64,000 nucleotides of DNA from the NCBI GenBank assembly GCA_963842455.1, contig CAWJHE010000006.1:357624-421623 (forward strand). The letters are read 5' to 3'. This document shows, in pieces, positions 55,347 through 64,000 of this stretch. The notes beneath the pieces are model-generated. The model saw nothing but the letters and a program-made list of their open reading frames with translations. It did not search any database and had not been told where the DNA came from. Numbering within the stretch: position 1 is the stretch's first letter; each line of letters begins with the position of its first letter. Source of the DNA: an uncultured Chloroflexia bacterium (GTDB lineage: Bacteria > Chloroflexota > Anaerolineae > Anaerolineales > UBA4823). A program made the translations under genes and the position numbers.

Positions 55347-56810
55347 ATGGACAAAGCCAGCATTGTTATTCTTGGCCTGGGGCCTGGAAATCCAGGTCAG
55401 TTGACCCACCAGGCTTGGGAAATTTTACAGACTTGCACTGAATTGTATGTACGCACAAGGCATCATCCTGTGGTCCAGGCTCTGCCTGAAAATATAGAGG
55501 TTTATTCATTTGATGATCTCTATGAAAAAGAAGAATCAATCGATGCTGTCTATCATCAAATTGTTGAACAGGTATTAACCCTTGGGCGTCGTGATCAGGG
55601 AGTGATTTATGCTGTTCCAGGTCACCCTTATGTTGCTGAAGCTACCAGCCCAGAAATTGCCCGGCGCGCCAACCAGGAGGGTTTGTCAGTGAAAATTGTT
55701 GATGGGCTCAGTTTTTTGGAGCCAACATTCACTGCATTAAGGTTCGATCCCTTGCCACAACTGACGATTCTGGATGCTATGGAGCTTGCTCAGCGCCATG
55801 CGCCAATATCCCCACCGCATTTGCCTTTATTGGTGGCACAAATACACTCTGTTCTGGTAGCTTCAGAAGTCAAGCTAACACTCAACGTACTTTACCCAGA
55901 CCAACACCCAGTTAAATTGGTACATGCTGTGGGAACAGATAAGCAAATTGTTGAAGAACTGGCTTTATACCAGATTGACCGGAGTCCACACATCGGCTTG
56001 TTGAGCGTCTTGTATGTACCGGGGCTGGGTACAGGGACATCGTTTGAAGAGTTTTTAGATGTGGTCGCACACTTGCGATCATCGGATGGATGCCCTTGGG
56101 ATCGGGAGCAAACTCATCAGAGTTTGCGCGCGACTTTATTAGAAGAAACATATGAAGTATTAGATGCGTTGGATAAAGAGGATACCGCAGGATTGCAGGA
56201 GGAATTGGGGGATTTGTTGCTGCAAATCTACTTGCATGCTCAAATTGCTGTGGATGAAGGCGAGTTCACCATGGCAGATATTATGCAGGGTATCTATTCA
56301 AAAATTATACGGCGACACCCGCATGTCTTTTCTCGGATAGATGTGGATGGTGTGTCTGGAGTTCTGGTGAATTGGGAGCGCATAAAGGCGGAAGAACGTG
56401 CGGCAAATGGCAAACAAGAACTGAGTTTGTTAGATGGGGTAACCAAAACACTGCCTGCACTTACCCAATCTGACCAGTATTTGAAACGTGTCGCACGCGT
56501 AGGTTTTGATTGGCCAGACCTGCAGGCGGTTTTGGCAAAACTTCAGGAGGAGCTTGCTGAAGTGGACCACGCTTCAAATGGCGAAGAAAAACTGCACGAA
56601 GTTGGTGATCTGTTGTTGGCAGTGGTTAACCTTGCTCGCTGGATCCATGTTGATCCTGAAAGTGCGCTACGCCTGGCAAATCTGCGGTTTAAGCAACGTT
56701 TTGGTTATATTGAATCAACAGCAAAATCGCAAGGAAGATCCGTTTCTGATTTAAGCCTGGCAGAGATGGAGGCGCTTTGGCAAGAAGCCAAGATATTATT
56801 CGACAGCTGA
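55347..56810 (+). CDS. mazG: MazG-family NTP pyrophosphohydrolase fused to an N-terminal tetrapyrrole-methylase-like domain (YabN-like)
   Basis: 487 aa. N-terminal IVILGLGPGNPGQLT. Tandem MazG EExxE-type segments in the C-terminal half (LLEETYEVLDAL, EELGDLLL; LQEELAEV, EVGDLLL). Confidence 0.8.
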   Translation: MDKASIVILGLGPGNPGQLTHQAWEILQTCTELYVRTRHHPVVQALPENIEVYSFDDLYEKEESIDAVYHQIVEQVLTLGRRDQGVIYAVPGHPYVAEATSPEIARRANQEGLSVKIVDGLSFLEPTFTALRFDPLPQLTILDAMELAQRHAPISPPHLPLLVAQIHSVLVASEVKLTLNVLYPDQHPVKLVHAVGTDKQIVEELALYQIDRSPHIGLLSVLYVPGLGTGTSFEEFLDVVAHLRSSDGCPWDREQTHQSLRATLLEETYEVLDALDKEDTAGLQEELGDLLLQIYLHAQIAVDEGEFTMADIMQGIYSKIIRRHPHVFSRIDVDGVSGVLVNWERIKAEERAANGKQELSLLDGVTKTLPALTQSDQYLKRVARVGFDWPDLQAVLAKLQEELAEVDHASNGEEKLHEVGDLLLAVVNLARWIHVDPESALRLANLRFKQRFGYIESTAKSQGRSVSDLSLAEMEALWQEAKILFDS

Positions 56811-57212
56811 GGCAGGCCTGGCAATCATGTAGATGTAGCCCAAGAGTAAAATAGCAAACACAGCACTGGTGATCCATCCAGCTGGAGTTTGCCACACCGC
56901 AGTTTGCTGAGTAAGTGATACCATCAAACCCATCACATTGGAAAGCAGAAGGGCGAATAGGATCCCGCGCTGACTATTGCGATCCAATTGATGAATAGAG
57001 TTCCGCAAGGCAAATAGCAAAAGTCCAAAGCCGAATAATGCTGCCCCAAACATGCGCGCAAAAGCAGCTAGATGCCAGTAAGTGAGGGCATCAATTTCAA
57101 GGGTTTCCGGGATGGCGAAAAAGGCGAGCATCAGCGGCCCATACAGGGCAAATGCGATGCCAAAGCCAAGTAGAAGTATGGCATGAGTCGAAAGTAATCC
57201 TTTTACGTTCAT
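56796..57212 (-). CDS. hypothetical 4-TM membrane protein
   Basis: 138-aa hydrophobic ORF. Its 3' end overlaps the mazG 3' end by 15 bp (convergent). Confidence 0.5.
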   Translation of the reverse strand: MNVKGLLSTHAILLLGFGIAFALYGPLMLAFFAIPETLEIDALTYWHLAAFARMFGAALFGFGLLLFALRNSIHQLDRNSQRGILFALLLSNVMGLMVSLTQQTAVWQTPAGWITSAVFAILLLGYIYMIARPASAVE

Positions 57213-57242
57213 ATCGATTTCCCTCTCTTTTGTGGAAAGACT

Positions 57243-57791
57243 TCAATGATTTTGGATCTGGAAATTGGCTTTTATTTGCAGCTCATTGATTCCATCCATT
57301 GAATCTGAAACCAGGGCAATTTGGTCGATGGTCATTTCCCAATGATAGGTTTGAGATGCTAGAAATTTCAAAACAGGTCCAATGTTTTCTGGGGTAAGAT
57401 TCTCATGGACAAGGGTTATATGGGGAACCCATGTGTCTGGGCTGTAAAGCGGGCTTAATTCTTTCGAATGAGCTTTTCCGGCTTGCCAAATCTTCTTATG
57501 AATATCGATTAAATGGCAATCTTTTACAATCGGTACATAGATGACCTGGCGTATTCCAGTGAATAGACCAATCCCATTTGTCCTGATCTGAAAGGGTGGT
57601 ATTGTTTGGGTAATTTCTGTGATCGATTGTGCTAATAATTCTTGATCGTATTGTTCAGCGATTTGCCAGGAAAAATGTGGAATGGGTGAAACCAGGAATC
57701 CAATCAGATTGAATTGGGTTTCCAGGGTCTCCCAAATTTTCTCGACTTGTTGATAAAAAGGTTGCGGTAAAAGAGAAACTAATCCGAGCAT
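57243..57791 (-). CDS. 2H phosphoesterase / 2'-5' RNA ligase (LigT-like) family protein
   Basis: ORF trimmed to MLGLVSLL (ATG 57791). Two HxS/T motifs (PHFSW, PHITL). Confidence 0.55.
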   Translation of the reverse strand: MLGLVSLLPQPFYQQVEKIWETLETQFNLIGFLVSPIPHFSWQIAEQYDQELLAQSITEITQTIPPFQIRTNGIGLFTGIRQVIYVPIVKDCHLIDIHKKIWQAGKAHSKELSPLYSPDTWVPHITLVHENLTPENIGPVLKFLASQTYHWEMTIDQIALVSDSMDGINELQIKANFQIQNH

Positions 57792-57820
57792 TTCAATTCT
57801 AAACCCATATACTTGAAACC

Positions 57821-58753
57821 TTATTGGTCTTGTGATGACCAACGAGCGAATATGGCGGTTGAGAGGATTCTTTGTGCACTTTTTTCGACAAGCACAAGTT
57901 CCCCACTTTCTATTCTGCCACCAAGCGAAGAGACCATTTCTTGTAAAGCATAGAAAGCGCTTAATGCGGATGCCCGGATTGCATAGGCAGTGAGGACCAC
58001 AAACAAGGGATGGTCGCTGAGAATTGCGCGGCAATCCTGCAACAGGTTAGGTAATGACTCGAAAAACTCCCACACCTGTCCCTGGGGTCCGCGTCCAAAC
58101 TTTGGCGGATCGAGAATAATCCCATCATACTTTGAACCACGTCGAACCTCTCTGCGCACGAATTTGAAAGCGTCATCCACCAACCAGCGAACCGGTTGAT
58201 GGTCCAATTCAGAGAGATGTTGATTTTCTTGTCCAATTTGGATGACTTTTTTTGAAGCGTCAACATGGGTAACGCGTGCCCCAGCTCTAGCAGCAGCCAG
58301 TGTCGCCAATCCTGTGTAACCAAACAAATTGAGGATTTGTGGGCCATCTTCTCCGAGTGGGCGACCGGAATTTTGGATTTGTTCACCAATCCAATCCCAA
58401 TGACAGGCTTGCTCAGGAAATACGCCGACATGCCGTGATCCACTGGTATGCGCTCGAAAGCGAAGCCCCTTGTAGTTCATGATCCATGTCGGCTTGACAT
58501 TTTTGTGATATTCCCAAGCGCCCCCACTTTCCCCGCCTGTTGTCTTAAAAGTTGCATGGGCAGCTTCCCATTCTGATTTTGGTAACGCTGGCGTCCATAT
58601 AGCCTGGTGTTCGGGACGCACAAATTTGTACGGGCCATAACGTTCAAGCTTCAAGCCATGCCCGCTATCTAATAGTTCGTAATCGGTCCAATCCGGTGAG
58701 GCGAGTAAATGGATCACAGTTGGTGAATGAGTCTGAAACCGCTGGTTGTTCAT
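57821..58753 (-). CDS. class I SAM-dependent (RlmI/RlmK-like) RNA methyltransferase
   Basis: YELLDSGHGLKLERYGPY N-terminal signature. LNLFGYTGLATLAAA motif I, ILDPPKFG motif IV. ATG 58753 lies 4 nt after the tnaA stop. Confidence 0.6.
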   Translation of the reverse strand: MNNQRFQTHSPTVIHLLASPDWTDYELLDSGHGLKLERYGPYKFVRPEHQAIWTPALPKSEWEAAHATFKTTGGESGGAWEYHKNVKPTWIMNYKGLRFRAHTSGSRHVGVFPEQACHWDWIGEQIQNSGRPLGEDGPQILNLFGYTGLATLAAARAGARVTHVDASKKVIQIGQENQHLSELDHQPVRWLVDDAFKFVRREVRRGSKYDGIILDPPKFGRGPQGQVWEFFESLPNLLQDCRAILSDHPLFVVLTAYAIRASALSAFYALQEMVSSLGGRIESGELVLVEKSAQRILSTAIFARWSSQDQ

Positions 58754-58757
58754 AAAA

Positions 58758-60134
58758 TTAAACAGATTCAAAACTGGCAGAAAAATGCCTGAGCAGCTCT
58801 GGGGCATAAGTAAAGCGATAACCCCTGGCTTTATCCTTTTGCTGTTTGATTTTAATCAGCGTGTCCACGACATAGTCCATATGGCTTTGGGTATAAACTC
58901 GACGTGGTAATGCCAGGCGGACCAATTCTAGCTTCGGGTGCTCTATGATGCCTGTATCTGGGTTGGGATGTGAAAACATGACCGATCCGATTTCCGAAGC
59001 TCTGATTGCCCCGACACGGTACAATTCAATCGCCAGGGATTGCCCTGGGAATTCAGATTGGGGAATGTGAGAAAACAGCCGTCCGGCATCCAGGTATACA
59101 GCATGCCCGCCTGCAGGTTCAACGATGGGGATATCATTTTCGAGCAAGCGCTCTGCCAGATAGGCGGTTTGGCCTAAACGATAAGCGAGATATTCTTCAT
59201 TAAGGCCTTCTTTCAAACCTGTCGCCATGGCATCTAAATCGCGGCCGGCCAGGCCTCCATAGGTGGGGAAACCTTCGCGTAAAATCAATTCATTGCAGGC
59301 TCTTTGAAAGAGTGTTTCGTCATTCATTGCAAGAAAGCCGCCAATATTCACAATGGCATCTTTCTTAGCACTCATCGTGGCGCCATCTGCCAGAGCAAAA
59401 ATTTCTCTGGCAATTTCGAGAGGACTTTTGTCGGCATAACCTGGTTCGCGCATTTTGATGAATTGTGCATTTTCAGCGAACCGGCAGGCATCGATAAAAA
59501 ATGGAATCCCATAACTGTGATAGGTATCGGCTACCTGGCGTAAATTCTCCATGGATACGGGTTGTCCACCTCCCGCATTATTTGTGATCGTGATCATTCC
59601 AAGCGGGATTTTGTCTGCACCGACCTGTTCGATAAAATTTCGTAATTTCTGAATATCCATATTGCCTTTGAAAGGCAAGTGTAAGGTCGGATTCTCTGCA
59701 GCTTCAATGACTAGGTTGGTGGGGCGTCCTCCACGTGCACGGATATTGGCGTCGGTCGTGTCAAAATGCATGTTGGAAGGAATATATTGCCCCGGTTTAA
59801 CCAATAAGCCGCTAAGAATATTCTCTGCGGCGCGTCCCTGGTGTGTAGGCACAAAAAAGCGAAAGCCGAAGATTTCTTCCATCACTAATGCCAGACGTTG
59901 GTAAGAACGAGCGCCAGCATAAGATTCATCACCTTGCATAAGCGCAGACCACTGATAATGACTCATCGCTCCTGTTCCAGAATCGGTTAACAAATCGATA
60001 AAAACATCTTGTGCTTTCAGTTTGAAAACATTAAAACCAGCCTCCACCAACGCCTGCTCGCGTGCGTCAGTATCAATCAGTTGAATCGGTTCTACCATCT
60101 TTATGCGAAACGGTTCAGGGGGGTAAAGTGCCAT
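58758..60134 (-). CDS. tnaA: tryptophanase (beta-eliminating lyase family)
   Basis: ATG 60134 follows ggaga. DLLTDSGTGAMS, PTHQGRAAE, PLP-lysine SAKKDA, FAENAQFIK, EGFPTYGGL and LRHFSA resemble TnaA more than tyrosine phenol-lyase (SGKKDC, EGMPSYGGL). Confidence 0.8.
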   Translation of the reverse strand: MALYPPEPFRIKMVEPIQLIDTDAREQALVEAGFNVFKLKAQDVFIDLLTDSGTGAMSHYQWSALMQGDESYAGARSYQRLALVMEEIFGFRFFVPTHQGRAAENILSGLLVKPGQYIPSNMHFDTTDANIRARGGRPTNLVIEAAENPTLHLPFKGNMDIQKLRNFIEQVGADKIPLGMITITNNAGGGQPVSMENLRQVADTYHSYGIPFFIDACRFAENAQFIKMREPGYADKSPLEIAREIFALADGATMSAKKDAIVNIGGFLAMNDETLFQRACNELILREGFPTYGGLAGRDLDAMATGLKEGLNEEYLAYRLGQTAYLAERLLENDIPIVEPAGGHAVYLDAGRLFSHIPQSEFPGQSLAIELYRVGAIRASEIGSVMFSHPNPDTGIIEHPKLELVRLALPRRVYTQSHMDYVVDTLIKIKQQKDKARGYRFTYAPELLRHFSASFESV

Positions 60135-60178
60135 AAGTGGTCTCCGTGTGAATGTATAGGATTGGGATATCTTGGAGT

Positions 60179-60256
60179 TTAGCACGGTTTATCTTGATCG
60201 CCAAGATGTGAGCTTGGACAAAACCAAGTCATCATAAGTGTGTGCCAGGGATTCAT
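60179..60256 (-). promoter_or_regulatory. 25-codon upstream ORF with two Trp codons, 44 nt before tnaA (candidate leader peptide)
   Basis: Own translation MNPWHTLMMTWFCPSSHLGDQDKPC*. No obvious SD. See findings. Confidence 0.3.
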
Positions 60257-60262
60257 GTATAA

Positions 60263-60967
60263 TTGAAAATTATGTTTTTAGGTTTACGGCGCTGGTTGGC
60301 TCTTTTATTGTTGGCGATTTCCATACTCATGATGGCTTGGAGCCTATGGCCGTATTCCGATGACGCCAGAGAGTTGTCCTTCCAACCGATCGATCTCCAA
60401 TTGAATTCCGGGTTTGAAAGTCCCGACCCGTTCCGTGCCATTTTAGAACCACGCCGTTTGTCGATTTCCTGGCCGCGTAAGATTCGGCTTGGCGATGTGC
60501 AATCGATTGCAATTGTATTCGCGCCGGAAACATCAGGGGCAGCAGGCGCCGAACTGAACGGGGCTGATGATCAGATGCTTGATGTTTTCGAAACGCATAA
60601 CGTGATCGTTGAGAGCCGTTTGGAGTTACCGGGTCTGGCTTTTACACCTGATGGACAGGTTAGCCAATACCTACGGATGGGTGAGCCAGTTGCCTTTGTG
60701 TGGAAGGTAAAGGTTGAACAAGCCGATGTGTACGAAGGGACTGCCTGGGTGTACCTGAAGTTCATCTCTAAGGAAACAGGACATGAGGACAAACAGGTGT
60801 TAACGGCCCAACGATTTGATTTCGAAGGTGTAGATTTCTTAGGTCTTAACTTTGTATCGACGCAGTTGATAGGTAGTCTTGGGATAGCAATAGGAATGGT
60901 CTTAGGCTTTGACTGGTTGTGGGCTGAATTATGGCGCTTCATCCAAAACAGAAAGAAAAACCGGTGA
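60263..60967 (+). CDS. hypothetical membrane protein
   Basis: 234-aa ORF with N- and C-terminal TM helices. The start may be ATG 60272. Confidence 0.5.
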   Translation: MKIMFLGLRRWLALLLLAISILMMAWSLWPYSDDARELSFQPIDLQLNSGFESPDPFRAILEPRRLSISWPRKIRLGDVQSIAIVFAPETSGAAGAELNGADDQMLDVFETHNVIVESRLELPGLAFTPDGQVSQYLRMGEPVAFVWKVKVEQADVYEGTAWVYLKFISKETGHEDKQVLTAQRFDFEGVDFLGLNFVSTQLIGSLGIAIGMVLGFDWLWAELWRFIQNRKKNR

Positions 60968-60996
60968 GGTTCGTTGCCAGCTGCAGGTAGAGAGGA

Positions 60997-61638
60997 ATGA
61001 TTATGCTGGAAATAAAAACATTTGTTCTTGGTCCAGTACAGACGAACGTGTATTTAGTTTGGGACAAAAATACAGGTCAGGCCATCGTGATTGACCCTGC
61101 CTGGGATGGTGATGTGATTGCCAATGATCTTACGAGCCGTGGGTTGACTTTGGATGCAGTCTGGTTAACGCATGGGCATTTTGATCATTTTGCAGGTGTA
61201 GCCGGTCTCCTGGCTAAATTGGGTCAAGAAGTTCCAGTTGCATTACACAAGGAAGATTTTTTATTGTGGAAACTATACGGAGGTGCACCCTTGTTTGGGA
61301 TGCGCATCGATCGCGGCCCCGAACCCAGTATCCAGGTTGAGCACGGTCAATATTTGCCTGTAGGAAATTATCAATTCCAAGTGCGGCACTCACCAGGGCA
61401 TACCCCGGGGCATGTTGTTTATTATTGCAGCGATGAAAACCTGGTTTTTTGCGGGGACGTGATTTTTGGGGGAAGTATTGGCAGGACAGATTTGCCTGGT
61501 GGGAGTCATGCACAGTTGATGAAAAGCATTTCAGATCAGATCATGACACTTCCAAATGATACACGCTTGTTGTCAGGACATGGTCCTGAAACAACGGTGG
61601 GCATCGAGCGAGTAGAGAATCCGTTCTTGAGATTCTGA
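60997..61638 (+). CDS. MBL-fold metallo-hydrolase (hydroxyacylglutathione hydrolase-like)
   Basis: THGHFDH motif, 213 aa. Confidence 0.8.
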   Translation: MIMLEIKTFVLGPVQTNVYLVWDKNTGQAIVIDPAWDGDVIANDLTSRGLTLDAVWLTHGHFDHFAGVAGLLAKLGQEVPVALHKEDFLLWKLYGGAPLFGMRIDRGPEPSIQVEHGQYLPVGNYQFQVRHSPGHTPGHVVYYCSDENLVFCGDVIFGGSIGRTDLPGGSHAQLMKSISDQIMTLPNDTRLLSGHGPETTVGIERVENPFLRF

Positions 61639-61647
61639 AAGATGAAA

Positions 61648-61690
61648 AACCCTCTTGCTGGTTCTAATTGGCAAGAGGGTTGTGTTTTTT
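61648..61690. terminator. Bidirectional intrinsic terminator between the MBL gene and rny
   Basis: 11-bp stem aaccctcttgc / gcaagagggtt, flanked by aaaaa upstream and gtgtttttt downstream. Confidence 0.8.
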
Positions 61691-61707
61691 ATTCAGAGAC
61701 CAAGTGC

Positions 61708-63258
61708 TTATTTGGCATAATCTACAGCGCGAGTTTCCCGGATAACCGTAACCTTGATCTGCCCAGGATACTGCATACTTTCTTCGATAGATTTCGCTAC
61801 ATTGCGAGCCAATCGGATGGATTCTAGATCGTCGATTTCTTCTGGTCTAACGAAAATGCGTACTTCCCGGCCAGCCTGCAAGGCATAACTCTGGGTGACA
61901 CCTTTGTGGGAATTGGCGATATCTTCCAGGGCGCGAACGCGCTTGATATATTGGTCAAGGCTTTCCCGGCGTGCTCCAGGTCGTGCGCCTGAAATAGCGT
62001 CGGCTGCTTCAACGATAGCAGCCTCAACCGTCTCCTGGTCAACTTCGTGGTGATGGGAGGCGATGGCATTGACCACCTTGGCGGATACTCCATAGCGCTT
62101 TGCTATCTCTGCTCCCAGCTGGGCATGCGTGCCTTCTGTATTGTGGTCGACTGCTTTGCCCAGATCGTGTAATAAAGCAGCCAGGCGAGTGGTCTCTACA
62201 TCTGCACCAAGCTCAGCAGCTATCACAGCCGCGATTTTCGCGGTTTCTACTGCATGATATAACTGGTTTTGTCCATAAGATGTGCGGTACTTCAATCTAC
62301 CGAATATTTTGATAATTTCCGGATGCAGAGCAGGTACGCCGGCTTCGAAGATAGCCTGTTCACCCGCTTCGATGATTGCGCGATCTACTTCCTTTTGCTC
62401 CGTCTTAAGCACTTTTTCGATATGTGCAGGGTGGATGCGACCATCCTGGATCAACTTGGCCAGGGCGCGCCGGGCGACTTCTCGTCGGACAGGGTCAAAG
62501 CAGGATATGGTTACGGCTTCAGGGGTATCATCCACAATAACATCGACGCCAGCAGCTTGTTCAAATGCGTGGATATTGCGTCCATTGCGTCCGATGATAC
62601 GTCCCTTCATCTCGTCGGAGGGGATCTCAACCACCGATGTGGTCAGCTCGACAACTTGATCAGAAGCAACCCTTTGTATCGCGCCGACAATGATCTTGCG
62701 AGCACGGTTATCACCTTCTTCACGCGCTTCGTTTTCGATGTTGCGAATGATCCGAGCCATATCAACACGGGCATCTTTTTCCACATCTTCCAGAAGCAGC
62801 GCTCGGGCTTCTTCTAAGGTGAGCTGTGAAATGCGCTGCAATTCTTCAATTTCCTTAGAATATAATTTTTCGACATCGTTCGTGCGCTTGTCCAAAGCAG
62901 ATTGGCGCTTATTGATATTTTGCTCACGCTTTTCAAGGCGGTCGAGACGGTTGTCTAACTCTTCTCTTCGTTTTTGTAAGCGATCTTCTTCTTTGCTCAG
63001 TTCCGAGCGTTTTCGGTCAATCTCTGTTTCGGCTTTCTGTAAAATTCTCAAAGCCTGATCCCGTGCTTGAATTTCTGTCAGACGGGCATTTTCTTTTGCT
63101 TCATCAAGAATTCGTTCAGCTTCGTCTTTTTTCTGCAGCTGAGCTTTTTCGACCTGGCTTTGCTTGTACAAATATCCAATGACTAAGCCAAGCACCAGGG
63201 CAATTGGCAAGAAAATGAGTTCAATCCATATTAAAACGTTTGGTGGAAAGTTGAACAT
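61708..63258 (-). CDS. rny: ribonuclease Y
   Basis: 516 aa. N-terminal TM helix, coiled-coil, KH domain ([11 protein letters not shown]), HD domain (LLHDLGKA). Confidence 0.9.
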   Translation of the reverse strand: MFNFPPNVLIWIELIFLPIALVLGLVIGYLYKQSQVEKAQLQKKDEAERILDEAKENARLTEIQARDQALRILQKAETEIDRKRSELSKEEDRLQKRREELDNRLDRLEKREQNINKRQSALDKRTNDVEKLYSKEIEELQRISQLTLEEARALLLEDVEKDARVDMARIIRNIENEAREEGDNRARKIIVGAIQRVASDQVVELTTSVVEIPSDEMKGRIIGRNGRNIHAFEQAAGVDVIVDDTPEAVTISCFDPVRREVARRALAKLIQDGRIHPAHIEKVLKTEQKEVDRAIIEAGEQAIFEAGVPALHPEIIKIFGRLKYRTSYGQNQLYHAVETAKIAAVIAAELGADVETTRLAALLHDLGKAVDHNTEGTHAQLGAEIAKRYGVSAKVVNAIASHHHEVDQETVEAAIVEAADAISGARPGARRESLDQYIKRVRALEDIANSHKGVTQSYALQAGREVRIFVRPEEIDDLESIRLARNVAKSIEESMQYPGQIKVTVIRETRAVDYAK

Positions 63259-63260
63259 AA

Positions 63261-63911
63261 CTAAACCCCTTCATCTGGTATTAGGTCTGTCTGGTGGATT
63301 TCTGCCCATAGTCTGCTAACAACTATTGAGCTCGTCTCGTAGTTGAAGCCGCGCTGGGCAAGAAATCGAGTGAGTTTGAGGCGAAAATCGCCCCAGTCCA
63401 AGTCTTGTAGTCTTTGAGATCGCTTGATGGCTGCTTGATATGCCAGTTCTTCTTCATCAATACCATCAAGCACATCTTCGATTGTGTCTGGGCTGACACC
63501 TCTCTGTTTAAGTTCATAAGATAATGCTCGCCGTCCGCGTGGACGCATTTCTTTCCGGTTTTCAACCCATGCTTTGGCGAAACTTGTATCATTTAATAAA
63601 CCGCTGCGTTTTAGCCTTTCAATAACATGCTCGATATGCTCATCAGAAATTTGATGTTTCTTTAATTTCTGAGTTATCTCGGTTTCAGAATGCAAACGAT
63701 AACTGAGTAAATTGAGAGCCTTTTGGTAGGCAATTTCTTGTTGGTCATCGCTTTTTAGCTGGAGAATTTTCTCTTCGCTTAAAGTTTGACCCATTACCAG
63801 CCATGCTGCAACGATGCGCTGAAGCCCAAAAGCAAACTCGCCGTCCAGAAAAACATTAATCCGTTGCGGGTTCTTTTTTTGAGCTGTTAGAGCTGTGATT
63901 GTATGTTCCAT
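63261..63911 (-). CDS. recX: regulatory protein RecX
   Basis: 216 aa with the RecX repeat pattern ([25 protein letters not shown]). 2-nt gap to rny. Confidence 0.8.
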   Translation of the reverse strand: MEHTITALTAQKKNPQRINVFLDGEFAFGLQRIVAAWLVMGQTLSEEKILQLKSDDQQEIAYQKALNLLSYRLHSETEITQKLKKHQISDEHIEHVIERLKRSGLLNDTSFAKAWVENRKEMRPRGRRALSYELKQRGVSPDTIEDVLDGIDEEELAYQAAIKRSQRLQDLDWGDFRLKLTRFLAQRGFNYETSSIVVSRLWAEIHQTDLIPDEGV

Positions 63912-64000
63912 CTCTCAATCAATCCACTTAATAACACAAAGCCACGATCCTGCCGAGAAGACCATGGCTGTGATTGAATCTGAATGACCTCAGTTGTGGA

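Noticed and set aside
57792-58034. N-terminal 81-codon extension of ORF 57243-58034.
   Set aside because: It overlaps the 3' end of the methyltransferase gene in another frame and is Cys/Arg-rich nonsense. The 2H-family homology starts at MLGLVSLL (ATG 57791).
1-64000. Search for tRNA, rRNA, tmRNA, RNase P or SRP genes in the larger intergenic regions.
   Set aside because: No T-loop/acceptor-type patterns or conserved ncRNA boxes were recognised by eye. A covariance-model scan would be needed to exclude them.

Overview
This is a 64 kb bacterial chromosomal window. No rRNA, tRNA or CRISPR array was recognised. The gene order (rpoB without an adjacent rpoC, RNase J and RNase Y both present, recX-rny) fits a Chloroflexota-like or other monoderm-type lineage, but the taxon cannot be fixed without a database search. 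28.9-55.1 kb is conserved core, all on the + strand: rpoB, the str operon (rpsL-rpsG-fusA-tuf), the S10-spc-alpha ribosomal-protein operons with secY-adk-map, then truA-rplM-rpsI. 0-7 kb is a tightly packed minus-strand block (DUF3467, translin-like, a split Cas4-like membrane nuclease, nadK, a B-box membrane protein, recN) followed by ssb and RNase J. 7.2-13.0 kb is a visibly AT-rich island. It holds an IS256-family element abutting a 5'-truncated Pif1/RecD-like helicase, unknown ORFs and an FGE-domain lipoprotein. It also carries a ~120 bp duplication of the 3' end of the neighbouring CMD-family gene, which looks like an integration scar. 13-28 kb is mixed accessory and housekeeping sequence, including a translationally coupled methyltransferase / glycosyltransferase / acyltransferase operon and an ECF sigma / anti-sigma / membrane protein operon. 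55-64 kb holds a mazG-like gene, a tryptophanase operon preceded by a Trp-containing 25-codon uORF, an MBL hydrolase, rny and recX. Two repeat systems stand out. One is a dispersed composite intergenic repeat (head TTGATCTCTCGCAGAG..CGCAGAG..CGCAGAG) at six or more loci. The other is a 150-bp tandem, palindrome-rich duplication upstream of ssb. Caveat: at least eleven single-nucleotide, insertion-type frame breaks in ten genes can be repaired by deleting one base, and three of those genes are essential (rpsJ, rplB, rpsH). This pattern most likely reflects uncorrected insertion errors in the assembly, so pseudogene calls here are provisional.
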